Positions 51,315-59,658 of a stretch of 64,000 nucleotides of DNA are shown here, piece after piece (position 1 is the stretch's first letter; the number at the start of each line of letters is the position of its first letter). The notes under the pieces are model-generated. The model did not search any database. It was not told where the DNA came from and saw only the letters and a program-made list of their open reading frames with translations. The translations under genes and the position numbers were made by a program. The DNA is from Candidatus Dojkabacteria bacterium (lineage in GTDB: Bacteria; Patescibacteriota; Dojkabacteria; B142; JAFGMG01), in the NCBI GenBank assembly GCA_016927655.1, contig JAFGMG010000010.1:16180-80179 (forward strand), given 5' to 3'.

Positions 51315-51629
51315 ATGAGTAAGGATTTTGCTATTATAAAAATTCAAGGGACACAGGAATTAGTCACTAAAGGACAGGAAATTCTTGTAAATAGAATTGA
51401 TGGGAAAGAAAAAGATAAAATCAAGATAAACGAAGTTCTTCTCAGCCAATCAGGGACTGATACAAAAATCGGGACCCCATATGTTACCGGTGCTGAAGTT
51501 GAGATTCAGATTCTCGAGCATACACAAGGAGAGAAAGTAAGGAAAGAGACATTTAAAGCTAAATCAAGACAGAGAAGGCACGTTGGACATAGGCAGGATT
51601 TGACTAGAATAAAGATAACTAAAATATAA
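51315..51629 (+). CDS. rplU: 50S ribosomal protein L21
   Basis: IGTPYV...KSRQRRHVGHRQ. Upstream of rpmA. Confidence 0.93.
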   Translation: MSKDFAIIKIQGTQELVTKGQEILVNRIDGKEKDKIKINEVLLSQSGTDTKIGTPYVTGAEVEIQILEHTQGEKVRKETFKAKSRQRRHVGHRQDLTRIKITKI

Positions 51630-51641
51630 CGAACTAAAAAA

Positions 51642-52034
51642 ATGGCACATACAAAAGCCCAAGGGGCAGCAAACAGAACAGTAAATGTAGAAGGCAAGAG
51701 GCTTGGAATCAAGAGATATGCCGGAGAGATGGTCAATGCCGGCACCATTATTGTCAGACAGAAGGGAACGAAATTCCACCCCGGAATTAATGCAAAAATG
51801 GGCAGAGATTTCACAATTTTTGCATCAGAAAGCGGCACAGTCAGCTACAGAGGTATGACAGGTCATCACAGAGGACAGAAGTACATAGATATAAAAGTCG
51901 CCGAGACTAAAGCTAAAAAAGCTGCAAAAAAACCGGCAAAGGTAACTCCAAGGAAAGTCGTTGCAAAGAAACCTCCTGTCAAAAAAGCAGCGCCGAAAAA
52001 AGTACCAGCTAAAAAAACTACTGCAAAGAAATAA
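51642..52034 (+). CDS. rpmA: 50S ribosomal protein L27 with a Lys/Ala/Pro-rich tail
   Basis: MAHTKAQG...KRLGIK...IIVRQKGTKFHPG...GRDFTIFA. Confidence 0.95.
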   Translation: MAHTKAQGAANRTVNVEGKRLGIKRYAGEMVNAGTIIVRQKGTKFHPGINAKMGRDFTIFASESGTVSYRGMTGHHRGQKYIDIKVAETKAKKAAKKPAKVTPRKVVAKKPPVKKAAPKKVPAKKTTAKK

Positions 52035-52085
52035 TTTCACTAATTCGAGTTTTACGTCAATTCTTATTCAAGCTATACTTATGCT

Positions 52086-52637
52086 ATGGACTATAAAGAC
52101 TTCCAGCCAAAACTAATAGTCGGATTAGGAAATCCCGGCAAAGAGTATTCTGACACCTTTCACAACGCAGGCTTTATGCTCATCGACTATTTAAGACAGA
52201 AGATCGGAAAGACCTCTGAAGTTATCAATAAAAAAGAATATGAAATGACAATCCTCCAGGAAAAAGGATTGAAGTTACTCAAACCACTAAACTATATGAA
52301 TAATTCCGGTCCGGTGATCGCGCAATTTCTAAAGTTTAATGAACTTGAACCGGAAGAAATCCTAATTGCATTTGATGATCTTGATCTGGAATTTGGTGAA
52401 TACAAAATTCAACAAGGGAAATTCCCCAAAAGCCATAACGGCATAAATTCAATCCATGAATCAACAGGGAAGGCAGATTATTGGTACCTGCGAATTGGAA
52501 TCGAGACAAGAGATGAGAAAAGAAAGCAGCAGCAAAAAGGAGAGGACTATGTCTTATCTAGAATGACGCCTAATCAACAAAAAACACTTCAATCTCTTTT
52601 TGATAAAATCTCAGCGGATATCTTCAGCGGGCTTTAA
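52086..52637 (+). CDS. pth: Peptidyl-tRNA hydrolase
   Basis: LIVGLGNPG, HNAGF, YMNNSG, DDLD, HNG and LRIGI. Confidence 0.95.
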   Translation: MDYKDFQPKLIVGLGNPGKEYSDTFHNAGFMLIDYLRQKIGKTSEVINKKEYEMTILQEKGLKLLKPLNYMNNSGPVIAQFLKFNELEPEEILIAFDDLDLEFGEYKIQQGKFPKSHNGINSIHESTGKADYWYLRIGIETRDEKRKQQQKGEDYVLSRMTPNQQKTLQSLFDKISADIFSGL

Positions 52638-53558
52638 GATTTCGGGAGTCTCCCCATTATAAAGCTGCATCCAGAATTCTTGATCCATATAAGGGAATAT
52701 CTCCCTCCACATTTGTTTTAAAATTTCAAGTTTTATACTTCCTTCTACGTCTTGCTGTGTCTCTTTCAGATATCCCCTTGGATCGATAACGTATGCAGCA
52801 AATTCTTCAGCCATCTGTCTGTCCATATTTTCGTCGTTTATCTCATGACCTAAATTAACATTCCACACTTCTCTGTATTTCTGCATTGCACCGGATTCTT
52901 CAAGTTTTGCCTGCAGCAAACCTTGCGCACCCGAAAGGTATTGCGTTCTTGAAAGCAGCTCAGCCTCTTCATTAGTAATATCCCAATTTGAACCGGGGAA
53001 TGCGGCAACAACTAGTACCTTCCTATCCTCCAGAATTATCAGTCCTGTTTGCCGGGCGCTATCTCCAATGATAATCTCATCAAGACCCAACTCAGCTAAT
53101 ATTTCCGGGCTAAACCCGGGAATATTTGATATTGAATTTAAAATTAGTTTAATACCAGCAAGGTTTGCTTCAGTTATTTCAAGAGTTCCATCTCCGTCAT
53201 TATCTATGTATATACCATTGATTTCGTAGACCTCTTCGATAGAGTCGATTTGATCCTCAAGAGATGTATACCATCCTGCATCTTCAAAAACCACAGCCGC
53301 CCCAGACCTATTTAAAAATGTTTCGCCCTGGCGAAATGTTTCATCCCTACAATCTTTTTCTGTTGCCAATCTGAAGCAAGTTATTAGAGTTATACCTGTA
53401 ACTCCCAGCCCGACAATCTCCTTCCAGGGCCGTTTTGATTTTGCATTCTCTGATAAATCCTGTTTTGGCTCCAGTGGAGATACTATATGCTCCTCTTCTG
53501 GGCACTGACCGGTTTGCTCTACAACGTCTATTGACCATTCTGACATTGCCATATTCAT
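52611..53558 (-). CDS. Membrane-anchored hypothetical protein
   Basis: Single TM near the N-terminus and an acidic extracellular part. No intact motif. Confidence 0.65.
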   Translation of the reverse strand: MNMAMSEWSIDVVEQTGQCPEEEHIVSPLEPKQDLSENAKSKRPWKEIVGLGVTGITLITCFRLATEKDCRDETFRQGETFLNRSGAAVVFEDAGWYTSLEDQIDSIEEVYEINGIYIDNDGDGTLEITEANLAGIKLILNSISNIPGFSPEILAELGLDEIIIGDSARQTGLIILEDRKVLVVAAFPGSNWDITNEEAELLSRTQYLSGAQGLLQAKLEESGAMQKYREVWNVNLGHEINDENMDRQMAEEFAAYVIDPRGYLKETQQDVEGSIKLEILKQMWREIFPYMDQEFWMQLYNGETPEILKPAEDIR

Positions 53559-53671
53559 TATATAAAATCATTGGATTATACCATTACTTTCATTATCTTA
53601 TGTCTTGCAATGCTATTTAAATCAAGATATATTTACATATTAGCTGCTTACTTATTTTTTATTATTATTAA

Positions 53672-53998
53672 ATGACAACTATCTTCGGTGTAGATCTCGA
53701 TAAGGAGATCACTCCAATCAATGTTAGAGATGCCATAATTGAGTGTTTTTATCAAGCACACTGTGAGGATTCCGGCATTACTCGCGGAGATGAAATATTA
53801 ACTAAGGATTATTGTGCAAGCATTGTCAAAAAAGCTTTTGATGATGTGGAAGGAGATTATGACAACCCTACAAAAAAAGACATTTTAAAAACAATGACAA
53901 AACTTAGCGAGTTCTCTACTAATTTTAGAACAGAGGAAGAAGTAAAAAAGAATTATATGAAAATAAGCAAGCTTGTTGAACAATTGAAAGATGATTAA
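53672..53998 (+). CDS. Hypothetical protein
   Basis: 108 aa with RDAIIECFYQAH. Overlaps the start of the GNAT gene. Confidence 0.75.
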   Translation: MTTIFGVDLDKEITPINVRDAIIECFYQAHCEDSGITRGDEILTKDYCASIVKKAFDDVEGDYDNPTKKDILKTMTKLSEFSTNFRTEEEVKKNYMKISKLVEQLKDD

Positions 53999-54497
53999 AA
54001 TTGTCACGTTGACAATCAGCGACTGGCAGGCATACCGAGACCTCAGGCTTCAAGCATTAAAAGAGAGTCCTCTTGCATTTACAACAACCCTTCATGAAGC
54101 TCTCAAAAACGTAGCCGATGACTGGAAAGGCTACCTCAAATCTCAAAATTCAATCACACTTTTTGCAAAAAAAGGACAGTCCCTTGTTGGTATGGGAGCG
54201 GCAATTTTCAATGAGAAAGAGAGAACCTCACACATTGCAGAAATAGTCGGATTTTACGTCTTGAAAGAACATAGAGGCAAAGGAATCGGCGGGAAATTAT
54301 TTCAAAACATTCTTAGGAATATAGAAGATCTGGAAAATATTATAAAAATAAAACTCGGTGTCGCAGAAACCCAAAAAGCCGCTCTTGGACTTTATAAAAA
54401 ATTTGGTTTTAAGATAATTGGAACGCAGGAGAAGGAGTTGGTCTTGGACGGAAAATACTATGATGTCATACTGATGGAAAAAATGCTTAATAAATAG
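53991..54497 (+). CDS. GNAT family N-acetyltransferase
   Basis: YV..EHRGKGIG acetyl-CoA motif and ALGLYKKFGF. Confidence 0.9.
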   Translation: MIKIVTLTISDWQAYRDLRLQALKESPLAFTTTLHEALKNVADDWKGYLKSQNSITLFAKKGQSLVGMGAAIFNEKERTSHIAEIVGFYVLKEHRGKGIGGKLFQNILRNIEDLENIIKIKLGVAETQKAALGLYKKFGFKIIGTQEKELVLDGKYYDVILMEKMLNK

Positions 54498-54509
54498 TAT
54501 AATTGACGC

Positions 54510-54560
54510 ATGAAAATACAAAAACTAAATAACAACAATAATAATTCTAACGCTTTTTAA
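54510..54560 (+). CDS. Asn-rich leader peptide MKIQKLNNNNNNSNAF
   Basis: ATG AAA ATA CAA AAA CTA AAT AAC AAC AAT AAT AAT TCT AAC GCT TTT TAA. TATAAT at 54498-54503 is 6 nt before the ATG. Confidence 0.8.
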   Translation: MKIQKLNNNNNNSNAF

Positions 54561-54622
54561 GCGGGATTTGTTATTGAAGTTTTTAGTAAATCAGATCTCG
54601 CGGGAAGCGGGATTTTTGTTTT
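54524..54622 (+). promoter_or_regulatory. Ribosome-mediated transcription attenuator (1:2 protector, 2:3 antiterminator, 3:4 terminator)
   Basis: AAGCGGGATTT occurs twice (54559-54569 and 54605-54615). Both copies can pair with AGATCTCGC (54593-54601), and the Asn codons pair with GGATTTGTTATTG...GTTTTTAGT. Confidence 0.8.
54593..54622 (+). terminator. Intrinsic terminator of the Asn attenuator
   Basis: AGATCTCGC-GGGAA-GCGGGATTT followed by TTGTTTT. Confidence 0.75.
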
Positions 54623-54643
54623 ATAGCAAGATTTAGAATAAAA

Positions 54644-54715
54644 TGGGCGATAGCATAACGGTATTGCAATTCGCTGTTAACGAATAGATTGTAGGTTCGA
54701 ATCCTACTCGCCCAG
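54644..54715 (+). tRNA. tRNA-Asn(GTT), CCA not encoded
   Basis: Acceptor TGGGCGA/TCGCCCA, anticodon arm ATTCG-CTGTTAA-CGAAT, T arm GTAGG-TTCGAAT-CCTAC, discriminator G. Confidence 0.93.
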
Positions 54716-54768
54716 CTTTGTCGCAATTACAACATTAGAATATAATTTATTCTTGTTATTAATAATTT

Positions 54769-56148
54769 ATGAAAGTTTCAATCGTCGGGACTGGCTACGT
54801 CGGATTGACAACCGGATCATTACTGGCCGCTGCCGGCAACAAAGTATATTGCATTGATGTTGATCCGAAAAAGATTGATATAATCAAAGAAGGGAAAGCC
54901 CACTTCTACGAACCGGGACTGGATGAATTTGTTAATAAAGCAATCAGCTCTAAGAACTTGATTCCTACCCTTGATTATAAAGAAGCGATCCCTAATTCTG
55001 AAATAGCAATAATATCTGTAGGTACCCCCACGAACCCGGATGGCTCTCTTGATCTTTCCTATGTTTTTTCCGCCGCTGAATCTATCATCAAGCATATGCA
55101 AAACGGACTGATTATTGTGCAGAAAAGTACTGTGCCGGTAGGAACTGGAAGAGAGATTATGAAAATGATTGAAAAGAGTGGGAAAAAAGCCTCAGTTGTA
55201 TCATGCCCGGAATTTCTATCTGAGGGAAGCGCGGTCTTCGATACCTTTAATCTAGACAGACTTGTAGTTGGCTCAGATAATAAAAAAGCTATGACGGAAG
55301 TTGTCGGACTTTTTAAAAGTCTCGACCAGTTTAGCAAAACACTAGACCTGTCAAAATATAAAGAATTCTCAGAAATTTACAAAAAGAAAACCAAGTTAAA
55401 TACTGACATTCCATTTGAAGAGCGGGTTTTATATCTTGGCCTTGAAAGTGCCGAAATGGTGAAAATCACTGCAAACGCCTATCTCGCTACAAAAATCAGC
55501 TTTGCAAATTCAATTGCAAGAATTTGCGATAAGGTTGGAGCTGACTCGAGCGAGGTTATGGAGGGGATTGGCAGAGACCAAAGAATAGGACGCGATTTTC
55601 TATATCCAGGACTTGGCTGGGGCGGCGGCTGTTTTCCAAAAGACACCTCTGGGCTTTTGTTTCTGGCAAATGAAAACGGACTTAATTTTGCTCAACTCCA
55701 GGCAACTATTTCAATCAATGAATCTCAGTCAGATTATGTAGCTGCGAAAATTCAAGGAGCACTTAATGGTGATCTTAAAAACAGAAAAATAGGAATTTTG
55801 GGCCTCTCTTATAAACCTGGGACAAACGATACCAGGGAATCACCAGCTGTCAAGCTTGCCAATAAACTTATCAAGAAAGGAGCAGAAGTGACTGTTTTTG
55901 ATCCTGAAGCTATGGAGGAAGCGAAGTCTTTTTTAGCTGAAAAAATTAAACTAGCGGATTCGGCTAAGAAAATTTTCGACGGCTCAGAAGCTGTTGTGCT
56001 TGCTACTGACTGGCCTGAATTCCTGAAACTGAACTTTAAGGATTTAAAAAGCAAAACAAAGAGAGCTGTTATAATTGACGCTAGAAATAAACTTGATAAG
56101 GAAGAATTAAAAAAAATAGGCTATACTTATATCGGAATTGGCAGATAG
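54769..56148 (+). CDS. ugd: UDP-glucose 6-dehydrogenase
   Basis: GTGYVG, KSTVPVGT, PEFLSEG, GWGGGCFPKD and KPGTNDTRESP. Confidence 0.93.
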   Translation: MKVSIVGTGYVGLTTGSLLAAAGNKVYCIDVDPKKIDIIKEGKAHFYEPGLDEFVNKAISSKNLIPTLDYKEAIPNSEIAIISVGTPTNPDGSLDLSYVFSAAESIIKHMQNGLIIVQKSTVPVGTGREIMKMIEKSGKKASVVSCPEFLSEGSAVFDTFNLDRLVVGSDNKKAMTEVVGLFKSLDQFSKTLDLSKYKEFSEIYKKKTKLNTDIPFEERVLYLGLESAEMVKITANAYLATKISFANSIARICDKVGADSSEVMEGIGRDQRIGRDFLYPGLGWGGGCFPKDTSGLLFLANENGLNFAQLQATISINESQSDYVAAKIQGALNGDLKNRKIGILGLSYKPGTNDTRESPAVKLANKLIKKGAEVTVFDPEAMEEAKSFLAEKIKLADSAKKIFDGSEAVVLATDWPEFLKLNFKDLKSKTKRAVIIDARNKLDKEELKKIGYTYIGIGR

Positions 56149-56177
56149 CAAATAATTATAATATTACATACAAAATA

Positions 56178-57464
56178 ATGACGATCGCAGAACTTAAAAA
56201 TTATCTCGGCAAAGAGGTGACTATACAAGGCTGGATGTACAATAAACGCTCCTCTGGGAAAATTGCATTTTTACAAATCCGCGATGGAAGCGGCTTCTTG
56301 CAGGCAATAGTCGAGCAGGAAAAAGCCGGTGAAATAAACTGGGAAAAGGTAGAAAAGTTAACAATTGAATCATCTGTAATCATAAAAGGTACAGTCACCA
56401 AACACCCGAAAAAAGAAGAATATGAAATCCAGGTTTCAGAAGTCGAAATATTAAATATTGCGCCGGAATATCCAATCAGCAAAAAAGAGCACGGCCCGGA
56501 ATTTTTGTTTGATAATCGCGATTTGTATCTGCGATCGAAAACTCCATGGGCAGTTCTGCGAATCAGAAACCAGGTTTTTCTCAGCATTACAAACTTTTTT
56601 GCCGAGCAAGGATTTATCCGATTTGACACACCGATCTTGCAGCCAACAAGCTGTGAAGACACCACACAGCTATTTGATCTGAAATACTACGACACAATGA
56701 TGTATCTGTCGCAATCCGGACAATTGTACAGCGAAGCAGGGATAATGGGATTTGGAAAAGTTTATGATTTTGGCCCGGTTTTCAGAGCAGAGAAAAGCAA
56801 AACGAGACATCACTTAAGTGAGCTTTGGATGATGGATGCAGAAATGGCTTTTTTCGATCAAAAGATGAACATGGATCTGCAGGAGAGAATGGTTAAGCGG
56901 ATTGTGAAAGATGTGCTTAGAAAATGCAAAGTCGAGCTGGAAATTCTTGAGAGAGACACGACAATTCTGCAAAATATAGTTGAAAAGTCATTTCTGCACA
57001 TGACACACAAACAGGCAAAGGAAGAATGCAAAACAGACGGCCTTGAGACAGAATTTTTAGCTGATATGAGCACTGAGGAGGAGATTCATCTTGGAAACAA
57101 ACATAAACTTCCAATATTTATCGAGGATTATCCCTTTGAAGTAAAAGCCTTCTACATGAAGAAATATGAAAAAGATGGGGTAGTTTATGCTAAAAATTCT
57201 GATTTAATCGCACCGGAAGAAGGCAGAGAGATTATCGGGGGCTCGCAGAGAGAGGATAGCTACGAAGTAATCCTAGAGGAGATAAAGAAACGCGGCTATC
57301 CAAAAGATGATTACGAATGGTACTTAAATACACGCAAATATGGCAGTGTAATTCACAGCGGCTTTGGGATCGGCCTGGAAAGAACTATCAGATGGCTTAC
57401 CCGAGTCCACCACATTAGAGAAACAATTCCATTTCCAAGGACACTAACTAGAAGCAAACCATAA
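56178..57464 (+). CDS. asnS: Asparagine--tRNA ligase
   Basis: OB domain RSSGKIAFLQIRDGSG, LSQSGQLY, FRAEKSKTRHHL, EIIGGSQRE and YGSVIHSGFGIGLER. Confidence 0.93.
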   Translation: MTIAELKNYLGKEVTIQGWMYNKRSSGKIAFLQIRDGSGFLQAIVEQEKAGEINWEKVEKLTIESSVIIKGTVTKHPKKEEYEIQVSEVEILNIAPEYPISKKEHGPEFLFDNRDLYLRSKTPWAVLRIRNQVFLSITNFFAEQGFIRFDTPILQPTSCEDTTQLFDLKYYDTMMYLSQSGQLYSEAGIMGFGKVYDFGPVFRAEKSKTRHHLSELWMMDAEMAFFDQKMNMDLQERMVKRIVKDVLRKCKVELEILERDTTILQNIVEKSFLHMTHKQAKEECKTDGLETEFLADMSTEEEIHLGNKHKLPIFIEDYPFEVKAFYMKKYEKDGVVYAKNSDLIAPEEGREIIGGSQREDSYEVILEEIKKRGYPKDDYEWYLNTRKYGSVIHSGFGIGLERTIRWLTRVHHIRETIPFPRTLTRSKP

Positions 57465-57487
57465 AGTCAAAATTTACTATCCAATAT

Positions 57488-57516
57488 TTGCACTCCTTTT
57501 TGTCATTCGCTATACT
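57488..57516 (+). promoter_or_regulatory. Sigma70-type promoter
   Basis: TTGCAC-17 bp-TATACT upstream of 57572. Confidence 0.6.
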
Positions 57517-57571
57517 GATTTTAGAATTTGGCAGGGATTCTGCCTGTTCCATAATTTTTTAGCACAAAAAA

Positions 57572-58411
57572 ATGCCCAGCACTTTAACACAAAGGCGTTC
57601 AGGAGGTACCGCTGCTTCCAAAAACACCGGTAATAATTCTGCCCCAAGAAAATCTTCAACACAGAATTCAATGATGCCGGCAAGATCAAGTCTAAGCTCT
57701 ATTGACAAAATGACCCAGCCAAATGAAGCAGGCTCGGTTTTCAAAATAATAATCTGGGGAGTTGTGATTCTTGCAACAGGAATTGGACTTGCAGTAATCG
57801 TTAGAAATCTAACAAAACAAAATACAGACGAAGCAGATACTACCCAGGAAACCACAGAAGAAGAGACGACAGCTGAAGAAACAACTACTGAGGAAGATGC
57901 GACAGAAACCGAAGAAATTGATACGACCGATGAAGATGCTGAGGAAGAAGATACGACTGATGACACCGCAGACGAAACTACCGATACAACAGAGGAGACT
58001 ACCGCAACGGGTGAATACTCTAAATCCGACCAGACGATCAACGAAGGCCTGACTACAAATACAGTATCAACCATAGGCTATAGCTACAGTACGACTGCGA
58101 TAAACTTTGAATACGATATCAAACTCTCAAATGCAGCAACATATCCTAAAGTAACGGCGACTCTTGACGAAACTGAAAAAACCTTGACGGTTGTAGTATA
58201 CAATCTAGCAACAGACAGCATCGTGGGGAATGGCGGAAGCGGGACAACGGAATTTGCTTCCCCAAGAAATGTCCAGTCAGTAGACATTTCGAATGCAAGC
58301 AACAAGACGACTTTTGTCTTCGAAATGAACACAGCGACCCAGTACAAACTGGTAAAAACAACAAATGACGCTGGTGTGACCGTTGTAAGAGTAGACATCA
58401 AAAACAGCTGA
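57572..58411 (+). CDS. Single-pass membrane protein with a T/E/D-rich stalk and a C-terminal beta domain (AMIN-like, tentative)
   Basis: Basic cytoplasmic N-terminus, TM, acidic low-complexity linker and a beta-rich end VVRVDI. Confidence 0.7.
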   Translation: MPSTLTQRRSGGTAASKNTGNNSAPRKSSTQNSMMPARSSLSSIDKMTQPNEAGSVFKIIIWGVVILATGIGLAVIVRNLTKQNTDEADTTQETTEEETTAEETTTEEDATETEEIDTTDEDAEEEDTTDDTADETTDTTEETTATGEYSKSDQTINEGLTTNTVSTIGYSYSTTAINFEYDIKLSNAATYPKVTATLDETEKTLTVVVYNLATDSIVGNGGSGTTEFASPRNVQSVDISNASNKTTFVFEMNTATQYKLVKTTNDAGVTVVRVDIKNS

Positions 58412-58443
58412 CAGGAAGTATTTAATTTTTAGTATAAACTGAG

Positions 58444-59598
58444 ATGAGTAGTAGTTTCCTTGGTGAAGAAAATGTACCCAGTAATAATCCGGAGATTACT
58501 TCAACAGAAGAACAAGCGCAGCCGACAGAAGGCACCCCTGATAACTTGGGAAAAGCACTGGCGAGAATAGCAGGATCCCCAAGGACACGTCAGGGTAACT
58601 TTGGACCAGGATTAAGAGCTGAATTGAGCCAAAGGTCTACTTCCAAACCGATTGTTGAAAGCCGAACGCCAGCAAAACCAGACGACCCTCAAGACCAGGA
58701 GGGTGATAGCAAATATGAGCCGGAACAAGAAATAAGTTCCGCACCAGAAACTAATCAACAGGAAGAGACGGGTGATGCCTTAAACGAAGGTATCACCGGT
58801 ATCCCCGAAACTTCAGAAGAGACTGCAGAAACTGGAGGGGATCAAAAGGATATTAACGAAATGATTGAATCAACCTGGAATGAAGAAACAACAGCGAACG
58901 AAATATTAAACTTTGTTCGTGAAACAGAAGACCAGGATCTTTTAAAGGTTCCCGTGGAAACAAGGACGCAGCTTCGTAGAATTATGCATAAAGCTGCAAG
59001 AAAGGCATTAGAAAATTCAGATAGGAATGAATTAGTTTCATTGATACTCCTAGGACATAGATACAGTGAAGAATATGGTACGTCAGATTACCGTGGATTT
59101 TGGAAGGAAGCACTAAAAAAATTATTCCCAAAACAAGATGAAAAACAGAATGATCAAGAATCCTCATCAGGAATACTTGAAGAAATATTGAACGATTCTG
59201 AATTAACTATTCTAGATTTTGCCATATTACACGGAGTGATCAATCAGATGGCTAGGGATAGAATGGCTAGACCTGAGAGCGAAATCAACTTAGACATGGA
59301 ACAAGTCAATATCCTTTTTCTTAATAAAATAGAGCAAGATATCAACAAACTTGCAAACCCCAGTGAAGGAATAGAGGAATCAGATAAGTTGATAATAAAC
59401 AGAATGATCGATAAGATAAGATATGAGATAGAATTACAACCTGATCTAGATTATGATACTACCCTCGGATATTTAAGAGCACTTGCAAAACTACACGAAG
59501 CCGTGATTGGTGATGAGACTAGGGAAACAATAAAGACTATATATAGACTTATTAATAAAACAGAAGCAGAAATTGACAGAAGAAACACTGTAATATAA
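58444..59598 (+). CDS. Acidic hypothetical protein (disordered N-terminus, helical C-terminus)
   Basis: 384 aa ORF. No motif recognised. Confidence 0.7.
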   Translation: MSSSFLGEENVPSNNPEITSTEEQAQPTEGTPDNLGKALARIAGSPRTRQGNFGPGLRAELSQRSTSKPIVESRTPAKPDDPQDQEGDSKYEPEQEISSAPETNQQEETGDALNEGITGIPETSEETAETGGDQKDINEMIESTWNEETTANEILNFVRETEDQDLLKVPVETRTQLRRIMHKAARKALENSDRNELVSLILLGHRYSEEYGTSDYRGFWKEALKKLFPKQDEKQNDQESSSGILEEILNDSELTILDFAILHGVINQMARDRMARPESEINLDMEQVNILFLNKIEQDINKLANPSEGIEESDKLIINRMIDKIRYEIELQPDLDYDTTLGYLRALAKLHEAVIGDETRETIKTIYRLINKTEAEIDRRNTVI

Positions 59599-59658
59599 TC
59601 CGAATAGTATGATATCAAGGCTTTATGCTATAATGAAAAGTTTTATTCTTTTCATTAA

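Noticed and set aside
52611-53558. Zinc metallopeptidase (EEFA-like segment)
   Set aside because: No HExxH motif is present, so it is left as hypothetical.
56149-56177. T-box upstream of asnS
   Set aside because: The gap is only 29 bp and has no T-box motif.
57559-58401. Antisense V/S-rich ORFs
   Set aside because: They are shadows of the T/E/D low-complexity plus-strand gene.
59599-59658. Shared SOS box upstream of uvrA, uvrB and uvrC
   Set aside because: I found no common palindrome by eye in the three upstream regions.
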